A program made the position numbers and the translations under genes. Below are positions 9,888 to 18,101 of a stretch of 64,000 nt of DNA, in pieces. The stretch's first letter is position 1, and every line of letters starts with the position of its first letter. The DNA is taken from positions 41,036 to 105,035 of the forward strand of contig JAJRTS010000006.1 of NCBI GenBank assembly GCA_024278175.1, read 5' to 3'. Below the pieces are notes generated by a model. That model was given only the letters and a program-made list of their open reading frames with translations. It had not been told where the DNA came from and did no database searches. The DNA is from Gemmatimonadales bacterium. GTDB taxonomy: Bacteria > Gemmatimonadota > Glassbacteria > GWA2-58-10.

Positions 9888-11357
9888 ATGTTCGACGATT
9901 CAGCAAAAATCCAGCAATTGATTGACCGCGATAACCGGATCGGCAAGGTGCGGGTCGCCGGTGACCTGATGCTCGACCGTTACCAGTGGGGACGGGTCGA
10001 ACGGATTTCTCCCGAGGCGCCGGTACCTGTCGTGAGAATCGAAAAGAGGTCCGTCCGGGGCGGGGGAGCCGCCAATGTCGCCCTGAATCTGGTGGAACTG
10101 GGGGCCGATGTGGCGCTGGCCGGATGGGTCGGTGACGACACCGGGGCGGATGAGTTGATCGGGTTGCTTGAAGATAAGGGAGTCGATTGCGCCGCGGTCT
10201 GCCGGCGCGAGGCGCGGACAACGGTGAAAACGAGAGTGTTCGGCGACCATCAGCAGATTGTGCGGCTGGACGACGAGGAGGCCGATTGCCGGATGACTCC
10301 CGAGCAGGAGCAGGCTTTTACAGGCAGCCTGCTGGGTGCGGTGGATGCCCGGACCAGGGTTGTCGTGCTTTCCGATTACGCCAAGGGAACCCTCGGAGGA
10401 TCGTTGTGCAGGCGGGTTATCGAACTGGGAGTGTCCAGGGCGATCCCGGTAATCGCCGACCCTAAAGGATTGGATTTCTCGTGCTACAGGGGCGCCGCCT
10501 ATATTACTCCTAATCTGAAGGAGTTTTGCGCAGCGACGGCGGTGGCGCCGGGCGATGAAGCAGAGTTGATTGCCGCCGCCCGGCGGCTGAGAGAGGATAT
10601 CGGTGTGGAGAATATCCTGATCACCCGCGGTGAGGCCGGGATCGTGCTTGTGGGGGATCGTGTCATTACAGAGTCCGCGGTTGCGCGGGAGGTATACGAC
10701 GTTTCCGGGGCGGGCGACACCGTGGCCGCCTGCCTGGCAGCCGGTCTGCTGGCCGGGATCGAGCTCCCGGATATTCTGCGTCTGGCCAATCTGGCCGCGG
10801 GGATCGTTATCGGCAAGGTCGGGACTACGCCGGTTACGCGGGCTGAATTACAGGGGGCGCTGGCCTCGGCCAACGCGATGGAAATGGGAGAAAAAGTCTG
10901 CTCACCCGGTGAGTTACGCTCAAGGGTGGAGCAGTGGCGGGCGCGGGGGGAGAAAGTGGCGTTCTCCAACGGTTGTTTCGACCTGCTGCACGCCGGGCAC
11001 GTAATTCTGCTCGACAGGGCGCGCGAACAGGCGGACCGCCTGATCGTGGCCCTGAACAGCGACAGCTCGGTGCACAGGCTCAAGGGGGCTGACCGACCGA
11101 TCATCCCGGAAAGCCAGCGGGCCAGGGTAATCGCATCGCTCTCCTGTGTCGATGCGGTGATAGTGTTTGAGCAGGACACCCCGCTGGAGCTGCTTTCCAG
11201 CCTGAAACCGGACGTACTGGTCAAGGGCGACAACTACACGGAGCGCGAAGTGGTGGGCGCCGAGCTGGTCCGGGAATACGGCGGCAAGGTGGTGCGGGTG
11301 CCGGTCCCCCGGGATATCAGTACCGATGGCATCCTCTCCCGGATCGAGAGCCGCTAG
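9888..11357 (+). CDS. hldE: bifunctional D-glycero-beta-D-manno-heptose-7-phosphate kinase / heptose-1-phosphate adenylyltransferase HldE
   Basis: N-terminal PfkB ribokinase-like domain (RVAGDLMLDRYQWG, DVSGAGDT) and C-terminal cytidylyltransferase domain (VAFSNGCFDLLHAGHVILL). Confidence 0.9.
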   Translation: MFDDSAKIQQLIDRDNRIGKVRVAGDLMLDRYQWGRVERISPEAPVPVVRIEKRSVRGGGAANVALNLVELGADVALAGWVGDDTGADELIGLLEDKGVDCAAVCRREARTTVKTRVFGDHQQIVRLDDEEADCRMTPEQEQAFTGSLLGAVDARTRVVVLSDYAKGTLGGSLCRRVIELGVSRAIPVIADPKGLDFSCYRGAAYITPNLKEFCAATAVAPGDEAELIAAARRLREDIGVENILITRGEAGIVLVGDRVITESAVAREVYDVSGAGDTVAACLAAGLLAGIELPDILRLANLAAGIVIGKVGTTPVTRAELQGALASANAMEMGEKVCSPGELRSRVEQWRARGEKVAFSNGCFDLLHAGHVILLDRAREQADRLIVALNSDSSVHRLKGADRPIIPESQRARVIASLSCVDAVIVFEQDTPLELLSSLKPDVLVKGDNYTEREVVGAELVREYGGKVVRVPVPRDISTDGILSRIESR

Positions 11358-11394
11358 GCTGTTTCGATTTCAGCCATGTTAAGCGCTGAATGGA

Positions 11395-12552
11395 ATGCGT
11401 GATGGCGAAAAATGTAAACGTGGGCGCACCATGAGCCTGACTCTTTTTTTTACCGCCGGGACCGGTCTGATCGACTGGGACACGGGCGGCAACCTCGAAC
11501 GCGAACTGGCTCTTTACAGTCGGCTGGGCCAGCGGTTCGGCCCGGTCAATCTGATAACCTACGGCGGCAAGCGCGACAGGCAGTACGCCGGTCGGCTGCC
11601 GGAGTTCAATATCTGCCCGGCACTCTGGCGCAGGCGTCAGGGGCTGACGGCTCTCGAGCTGGCCCTTCGGCACGGCTCCACTCTGGCCCGGACGGACCTG
11701 TTCAAGACCAACCAGATGCGTGGCGCGCAAATCCCGGTCTGGCTAAAGCGCCTGTTCGGCAAGCCATTGATCGTGCGCTGCGGTTTTCTGCACGGCTATT
11801 TTACGGAAAAGCAGACAACCGATCCACTGCTGGTTGCCCGGGCCCATGAACTGGAGCGGCGCGCGTTCCGGGCGGCGGACCTGATTTTCCTGACCTCGGC
11901 GTGGCAGCGAGCTTACGTGCTGGAGCGCTACGGTCTGGATGAAGAGTCGGTCAGTGTCGTGCCCAACTACGTCCAGACCGAACATTTCAGGCCGATGCCG
12001 GACGTACCCAAGCGCTATGACCTGGTGTTTGTCGGCAGGGGAACCGAGCAGAAAAATCTGCCTGAGTTGCTTAGAGCCTTGTGGTTGCTCAAGCGCTCCG
12101 GCCGCGAGGTCCGTGCGCTGCTGGCCGGTTCGTGCAACCGCAACGCACAACTGGCCGAGCTGGTGAAGCGGTACTCTCTGGCCGTGGAGTTTGCCGGGCA
12201 GATACCCACCGCGAGGCTGCCGGAGGTGCTGGGCAGCGCCAGGGCGTTTATTCTGCCCTCGCACTACGAGGGGCACCCCAAGGCGTTGCTGGAGGCGATG
12301 AGTTGCGCTCTGCCGTGTATCGGCACGGATGTGGACGGTATCGGCCAGGAGATAATTCACGGGCAGACCGGCTATCTCTGCCAAACGGATGCCGAGAGTA
12401 TCGCCGAGGCGATCGGTACGGTGCTGGGCGACCGTGAATTGAGCGCAAGGCTTGCAACCGGCGCCAGGGCTGTTGTCGAAAGAGAATTCAGCCTGGAGCG
12501 GGTTGTGGAAATCGAATCCCGGTGGATCAGGAGATTACTCGATGCGTGTTAA
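11395..12552 (+). CDS. GT4 family glycosyltransferase
   Basis: EGHPKALLEAMSCALPCIGTDVDG (E-x7-E) and the GT-B fold. Probable start is the Met at 11431. Confidence 0.8.
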   Translation: MRDGEKCKRGRTMSLTLFFTAGTGLIDWDTGGNLERELALYSRLGQRFGPVNLITYGGKRDRQYAGRLPEFNICPALWRRRQGLTALELALRHGSTLARTDLFKTNQMRGAQIPVWLKRLFGKPLIVRCGFLHGYFTEKQTTDPLLVARAHELERRAFRAADLIFLTSAWQRAYVLERYGLDEESVSVVPNYVQTEHFRPMPDVPKRYDLVFVGRGTEQKNLPELLRALWLLKRSGREVRALLAGSCNRNAQLAELVKRYSLAVEFAGQIPTARLPEVLGSARAFILPSHYEGHPKALLEAMSCALPCIGTDVDGIGQEIIHGQTGYLCQTDAESIAEAIGTVLGDRELSARLATGARAVVEREFSLERVVEIESRWIRRLLDAC

Positions 12553-12587
12553 AGTGGACAGCAACCGATAAGTTGCGGCTCTGGTCA

Positions 12588-12731
12588 ATTATGATGATAT
12601 CGTAAAAAGTCCGCTTTGCCGATGGCAAAGTAGAAAGTTTCAGATACGAGGCGTGTAGATTTTGAGGAGCGAAGCGTACTTGCGCCTGCGCTGCAGTGAC
12701 GAGATAATCTTACGCAACGAAGTAGATGGAA
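12588..12731. repeat. ~140-bp conserved intergenic element, copy A (homolog at 63849-63988)
   Basis: Direct alignment to the window end over about 140 bp: tgatgatWtcRtaaaaagtc, ttgccNNNggcaaagta, gtactt, tgacgagata, cgcaacgaagtagatgga. Confidence 0.6.
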
Positions 12732-13103
12732 GCCATCAATTAATAGAAGTTATTTCAAAACCTCTTAGTAATTGGCTGAAGACAATCGAGTTAGTGGAAT
12801 CGATATTGGTCGATACCCCGTGAAGCTCAGGGCTTGTTTTTTGTGGTGGGGCGGGGTCAGTCCCGGGCCGCATGTCTGAGCCACAGCAAGGGTAGCGTGT
12901 AGTTGTCCCGGATCCCACCGGAGCTGCCGGAAAAAACATTGTCCGGCGTGCGATTCGCTTCCAGCGGGCCAAGCACACGGGAGTGGAGTTTTGCCGATGG
13001 CACACCGCCCGGATTAAAAAAACCACAAGTTTGTGCGAGTTCGGCCCGGAAAAGGCTTTTGCTCTACTTTTGGCCTCAAAAGTAGAAGTACTCTCTCGCT
13101 TTT

Positions 13104-14114
13104 TTGCATAACTTGGGTTTTGAAATAACCTCTAATTCTTCAATGGGTAGCGAGATGCGGAAAAACTTTGCGATCATCGGTGTCGCCGGCTATATCGCGC
13201 CGAAGCACCTGCAGGCGATCAAGCGAACCGGCAACAAGCTGGTGGCGGCGGTTGACCCCCACGACAGCGTGGGCGTGCTGGACAGCTATTTCGATGACGT
13301 GAGTTTCTTCACCGAATTCGAGCGTTTTGACCGGCACATCGAAAAGCAGCGCCGCCAGTCGCCGGACAACCGGATCGACTACGTGAGCATCTGTTCGCCC
13401 AACCATCTCCACGACGCCCATATCCGGTTCGCGCTGCGGGTGGGCGCTCATGCCATCTGTGAGAAGCCGGTGGTGCTCAACCCCTGGAATTGCGATGCCC
13501 TGCTGGAGCTGGAGCAGGAATCCGGCGGCAGGATTTACACGATCCTCCAACTCCGTCTGCATCCTGAGCTTATCGCCATGCGCAAGGAACTCCGGCAGGC
13601 CAGCCAGGGGCGCAGGCACGATGTAGAGCTGACCTACATCACTCCGCGCGGGCTGTGGTATCAGTACTCATGGAAAGGCCAGCGGGAGAAATCAGGAGGC
13701 GTGGCCACCAATATCGGCATTCACATGTTCGACCTGCTGATCTGGATGTTCGGCCCCGTTCAGGGCTGCGAGGTTCACTACGAGGACCCGCGCAGGGTCA
13801 CCGGGCTGCTGGAGCTGGAGCGGGCGAAGGTTAAATGGTTTCTCTCCGTGGATGGCAGAGACCTTCCCGATGGGCCGGACAGCGGCGCGAACGAATCATA
13901 CAGGCTGATCTCGATAGACGGGCGAGAGATCGAGTTCTCGCCCGGTTTCAAGGACCTGCATACCCTTAGTTATCAGGAACTGCTCTCCGGCGGCGGCTTC
14001 GGTATCGAGCAGGCGCGGCCGTCGATTGAACTGTGCAGCACGATCAGAAACAGCCGGGCCACCGGGTTGACCGCCGACTCCCATACGTTGGCCGCTAGGG
14101 CCGCCGGGCGCTGA
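13104..14114 (+). CDS. Gfo/Idh/MocA family oxidoreductase (WbpB/WlbA-like UDP-sugar 3-dehydrogenase)
   Basis: N-terminal Rossmann FAIIGVAGYIAPKHLQAIK and the C-terminal alpha/beta domain of the GFO_IDH_MocA family. Probable start is the Met at 13155. Confidence 0.7.
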   Translation: MHNLGFEITSNSSMGSEMRKNFAIIGVAGYIAPKHLQAIKRTGNKLVAAVDPHDSVGVLDSYFDDVSFFTEFERFDRHIEKQRRQSPDNRIDYVSICSPNHLHDAHIRFALRVGAHAICEKPVVLNPWNCDALLELEQESGGRIYTILQLRLHPELIAMRKELRQASQGRRHDVELTYITPRGLWYQYSWKGQREKSGGVATNIGIHMFDLLIWMFGPVQGCEVHYEDPRRVTGLLELERAKVKWFLSVDGRDLPDGPDSGANESYRLISIDGREIEFSPGFKDLHTLSYQELLSGGGFGIEQARPSIELCSTIRNSRATGLTADSHTLAARAAGR

Positions 14115-14125
14115 AGTGGCCGGTG

Positions 14126-14656
14126 TTATTTCTTGAAGAACGTTTCGTAGGACCCACCGGTGTTCACCCGGATATGCGCCGAGTGCCCCTGCGTTTTCAA
14201 GGCGTCGACCAGGGGAATGGGCGGAAACGAGCTGGTGAGCATGATGGATTCCCCCTCCTCAAGTTCTTTCACGCCGCTGATAACCATGTTAAGCGGATGA
14301 GTTCCGCTCTCGAGCATTTTGTCCGCATCGATAACCTGCTTGACTGTGCACTGGCCCACCCAGAGCGGCTCCTGCCCGGTCTCCCGGGCCGTTGGCTCCT
14401 GCCCGGCGCTCCCGCCCGTCATTTCCGGCAATCCGGCCTCGCGGCGAAGCCTGCCGACCAGCTCAACAACCGGTATGTCCGCCATTTCCGCCGCTTTTTC
14501 CAGGGTGGCTATTTTAGCCACGGTTTTGCGCAGCAGGGGGTTCTGGATTTTCTTGAACACCGGCGCGATTTCTATCAGTACGCTTTCCAGGTCGGGAAAG
14601 TTTTTCAGCAGATCAGCCACCGTGGTCTGCGGGTTAATATCGTTTGTCTCTGCCAT
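14126..14656 (-). CDS. DUF1858 domain protein (hybrid-cluster-protein-associated redox domain)
   Basis: N-terminal ADLLKNFPDLESVL...KTVAKIATLEKAAEMADIPV matches the DUF1858 pattern. A GGAGG RBS lies upstream of the Met at 14656. Partner of the adjacent DUF438 gene. Confidence 0.55.
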   Translation of the reverse strand: MAETNDINPQTTVADLLKNFPDLESVLIEIAPVFKKIQNPLLRKTVAKIATLEKAAEMADIPVVELVGRLRREAGLPEMTGGSAGQEPTARETGQEPLWVGQCTVKQVIDADKMLESGTHPLNMVISGVKELEEGESIMLTSSFPPIPLVDALKTQGHSAHIRVNTGGSYETFFKK

Positions 14657-14671
14657 TACTGCCTCCTGAGT

Positions 14672-14880
14672 GGGGCGTTGAAATAAAACTCTCAACGCCC
14701 TCGAATGAAATATTCTGCCTGGTTAGTTGTCAAGGGCAAAGCAAGCCGTTCCTTTTAAGAAAACTGCTACTCATGTTATTCCAAGTAAGTTACATTGCTT
14801 ACGCCGGCTCTCGGCCAGCAACAGCGAGGAACGGCCCTTGACAACCCAACTCCCATACTTTTGTTATTTTTCAACACGCT
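14672..14880 (+). mobile_element. MITE-like repeat, copy 2, with 7-bp direct repeat CCTGAGT on both flanks
   Basis: Terminal hairpin ggggcgttgaaataaaactctcaacgccc. Internal subrepeats gttgtcaagggcaaagcaagccgtt and aacggcccttgacaac. The end is tttttcaacacgct. CCTGAGT directly abuts both ends. Confidence 0.65.
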
Positions 14881-14889
14881 CCTGAGTAA

Positions 14890-16125
14890 TCAGTCGTTAT
14901 AGCTCAGCAGCCTCTGCTCGCCTTCCAGCTTTCGCAGCGGCGCGATATCCTGCGTCACTTCCAGGGTGCCCAGATACTCGCCCTGTTCGTCGCGCATCGC
15001 AAAGTAGCGGATATGGACGAACATGCCCTGGTGCTGGATCCAGAACTCGGCCACGTCCTGCCGCCCGGCGCGGAAGTCGGAGACGATCCGTTCCACCGTG
15101 TCCACGCTCTTGGGCGGATGGCAGTGCTGCACCTTGCGCCCGATAATCGCCTTGCTGCGCGGGAATACTCTCGAACCGCCCTCGCTGAAAAACGCTACCC
15201 GGTCGTCGGCGTCGACAAAAGTAACGTCCAGCGGCAATGTTTTGAGCATCGCGTCAATCTGCTGGAACGTGAGCGCGCCGGTGCCGAACCGGATCGCGTC
15301 GTTTTCGCCCAGCGAGGCCTCGTGGGACGGTTTGCTCTCCCGTGGAGGGCTGTATTTATTACCGGGCTCCACCAGACACCAGCCGTAGTCCGGGCTTTGG
15401 GTCCAGATTTCTCCCCAGTCGTCGGCGGTCAGGGTCTGCATCGCCATCGGGAACAGAATCTCGGTTTCCTTGAAAATCATCTCCTCCACGGCGGCCAGGG
15501 CCGGTTCCACCACGGCCTCTCCCGCCACTTTCCAGTCTCCGGCCACGGCGTCGCTTTGCTCAAGGGCCTCGCCCAGCACCTTGAGCAACTCCCGCACCTC
15601 GTCGTCCTTGCCCCACATCACCTTGCTGGGACCTGACACTCCATGTCTCTCCAGGAAACTGAACAGCAGGTTTTCCTTGCGTCGGTAGTGCTTCTCCACG
15701 TCCATCAACTCGTTGAAAGCAGCGCGAAGGGCTGTAAGCTGCTTTTCGGGATGAGCGCTGTCGTCCAGGCTGTTTATTTCCTGCAAAGCAGCGCGCATTT
15801 TCGTAACCACCTCGCTCAAGGCGGTGTTTTCCCTGCGCATCGTGTCCACCGGATGGCCCTCGATAATATCCGGGCTGACCGACTCGACCAGCAGGTCGCG
15901 GAGCACCTCGCTGTGAAGGTCGCACATGGACTGGACTTCCTCGATCGGCATGCCCTCGGCGATCAGCGACTGCTCCATCGCGGCGATTTCGCTACTGTCG
16001 GTCTGCTTGACTATCTCGGTCAACTGCTTGCGCACCTCGTCCGGATCGGCGCCCTGGTGTAGGCGCTTGATGATCTTCTTCAGTGTTTCGATCCTGTTGG
16101 CTCTGTTATCGATAAACTCGCTCAT
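14890..16125 (-). CDS. DUF438 / hemerythrin HHE cation-binding / PAS domain protein
   Basis: N-terminal DUF438-like region, central hemerythrin-like H..E motifs, and a C-terminal PAS-like fold. DUF438 is known to co-occur with DUF1858. Confidence 0.6.
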   Translation of the reverse strand: MSEFIDNRANRIETLKKIIKRLHQGADPDEVRKQLTEIVKQTDSSEIAAMEQSLIAEGMPIEEVQSMCDLHSEVLRDLLVESVSPDIIEGHPVDTMRRENTALSEVVTKMRAALQEINSLDDSAHPEKQLTALRAAFNELMDVEKHYRRKENLLFSFLERHGVSGPSKVMWGKDDEVRELLKVLGEALEQSDAVAGDWKVAGEAVVEPALAAVEEMIFKETEILFPMAMQTLTADDWGEIWTQSPDYGWCLVEPGNKYSPPRESKPSHEASLGENDAIRFGTGALTFQQIDAMLKTLPLDVTFVDADDRVAFFSEGGSRVFPRSKAIIGRKVQHCHPPKSVDTVERIVSDFRAGRQDVAEFWIQHQGMFVHIRYFAMRDEQGEYLGTLEVTQDIAPLRKLEGEQRLLSYND

Positions 16126-16237
16126 GAGTAATCTCCATTATTGATTGAAGAAAGCCAGCGATTCTAATACAATATAACAGCGGACACAAGTCCATCAAAG
16201 CCGGAGCATTGCTAAGCGGATTAATCCAGGCACCGGC

Positions 16238-17410
16238 TTGTCACTGGCAGATGTAATATACTCAAATAGCATGGAGATGACAATGATTCGCAAACACGCA
16301 TTAGCACCCCTGCTTTTTCTATTGGGAATCCTGCTGTCGACCGGCGGAGGGGATGCCTCGCCGTTCGACTGGGCGGCTATCCCGGCCGGGGTGTGGGTCG
16401 ATATCCCCACTACCGGCGAGGCCGCGCCGAAAGTGTTCCACGCAGGAGCCACGATTGCTCCCGAGCGCTCCGAAGTGTATTTTTTCGGCTCGGACACGCA
16501 CCATCCAACCGAACTCGAACACGGCGAATCCAACTCGCTGTGGCGGCTGAACCTTGAGACCCTGCGCTGGAGCAAGGACTACGAGCAGGACCCGAAAAGC
16601 AGCTACCGGATTCTTCCCGACTCTCAGACTGTCACCACCAGCGGCCGTCCCTGGGCGATGCACACGTTCGATTGCGTGGAGTGGGACCCTTCCGTGGGGC
16701 GGATCGTGGTGATCAGCCATCCGGTGCATACGCGGTTCAGTCCGGAAAAACGCTTCCCGATGTTTGGCGGAGAGTGGTTCAAGTCGCTGAAAAGTTCTCA
16801 CTGGGAATACAACCCGGAAACAAAGCAGTGGTACCGCTTCAATTTCGATCCGCCGACGCTGTTTGCCAGGGCGATGGTCCTGGACCCGGAGCGCAACCAG
16901 CTTATCGCCACCAGCGGCGACTCCACCTGGGTGTTTGACCGGGCCACTTCCCGCTGGAACCGCTACGGGCGCGGAAGCGTGGGGGGCTGGCACCTGAGCA
17001 TGGTGTATGATACCTACACCGGGCAGGCTCTGCTGCTGGGCCGCAACACCGGCAGCGACACGCTCTACGCCTGGAAGCCGGAGCGCCGGCAATGGCGCAC
17101 CGTTCAGGTTAAGGGACGAGCCATGCCGGCCAACGGCGCGGCGATTGCCTACGATACGAAAAACAACGTGATGCTCTATATCGCCAACGACAACGATAAC
17201 CAGTATAACAACCCCGGCGGCAGGTCGGTCACTTTTATCTACCACTCGGCGGACAGGCGCTGGGAGCGGCTGGCTATCGATTCCCCCGAACTCTATGGAA
17301 TGAACTACCTCACCCAGTACGATCCGGTGCGCAACGTGTTCCTCCATTTCGAGAAATCCCCGGCGGTCACCGGCGAGAGGATCAGGGTTTGGGCTTTGCG
17401 TTACAGATAA
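16238..17410 (+). CDS. secreted Kelch-type / galactose-oxidase-like beta-propeller protein
   Basis: Signal peptide (start probably the Met at 16283) followed by repeated W/Y-rich blades (WRLN, WEYNPETKQWYRF, TWVFDRATSRW). Confidence 0.5.
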   Translation: MSLADVIYSNSMEMTMIRKHALAPLLFLLGILLSTGGGDASPFDWAAIPAGVWVDIPTTGEAAPKVFHAGATIAPERSEVYFFGSDTHHPTELEHGESNSLWRLNLETLRWSKDYEQDPKSSYRILPDSQTVTTSGRPWAMHTFDCVEWDPSVGRIVVISHPVHTRFSPEKRFPMFGGEWFKSLKSSHWEYNPETKQWYRFNFDPPTLFARAMVLDPERNQLIATSGDSTWVFDRATSRWNRYGRGSVGGWHLSMVYDTYTGQALLLGRNTGSDTLYAWKPERRQWRTVQVKGRAMPANGAAIAYDTKNNVMLYIANDNDNQYNNPGGRSVTFIYHSADRRWERLAIDSPELYGMNYLTQYDPVRNVFLHFEKSPAVTGERIRVWALRYR

Positions 17411-17532
17411 GGCGGCGGGGAGTCTGGCTGAACCGCGGGGTCCGGGCGGCGGCATTGCGATTCCGCCGTGTTATAGTAATTGTCAAAATAATTTTCCGAT
17501 TGATTATCTTTCGAAGAGCCGTTCTTTCCCTC

Positions 17533-17610
17533 GTAGGGGCGAGGCATGCCTCGCCCGCAAAGGATACAGCAGGCGCACAGGTTGACGGGCGACACATGTG
17601 TCGCCCCTAC
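17533..17610. promoter_or_regulatory. composite dyad element: two GCGA-nn-CATG-nn-TCGC palindromes nested in a larger inverted repeat
   Basis: ggcgaggcatgcctcgcc at 17538-17555 and gggcgacacatgtgtcgccc at 17587-17606. The outer arms gtaggggcga / tcgcccctac are complementary. Confidence 0.4.
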
Positions 17611-18101
17611 AATTTGCTATAACAAAGGAAGTCTTTCCGTACCATTCTTAGAGTTTTCTTTCCTCTTTAAAAAGAAAAACTTTTGACAACAGCCCTAATC
17701 CGTTGAGCGAGTCATTTTTCAAGCCGATAATATCGGGAGCCTCTAATAATCATCTTTTGGCTGCGCCGCTGCTACGCAACTGCCCGGCTGCGTTTTTGTC
17801 AAAAACCGTCCTCAACATAGCGCTGCTATGTTTCCGGTGGTTTTCTCCTCAGGCCTTGCCGGTGCAGCTTCTCGCTCGGGCTCGTTTCAGTATCTAATTA
17901 TTAGAGTTCCCCTGTCCTCTTGACGGTTGCAGAGAACATTTGCTATTGACCGCCGCCGAAGTTAACATTCATGCGGTGGCGGTTATATTTACCCCTGTCA
18001 GGCCGGTAGACCGTCGCCGGGCCGCATGTTTTCAGGATGAGTTTTTATCAATTGTATCTCAAGTCACAAATAATCAAGACTGAATATGAACCGGAGGACG
18101 G

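Noticed and set aside
16319-17455. 378-aa minus-strand ORF antisense to the Kelch-like gene
   Set aside because: Arg/Pro/Gly-rich low-complexity translation, typical of a GC-rich shadow frame. The sense-strand protein has a signal peptide and a coherent repeat structure.
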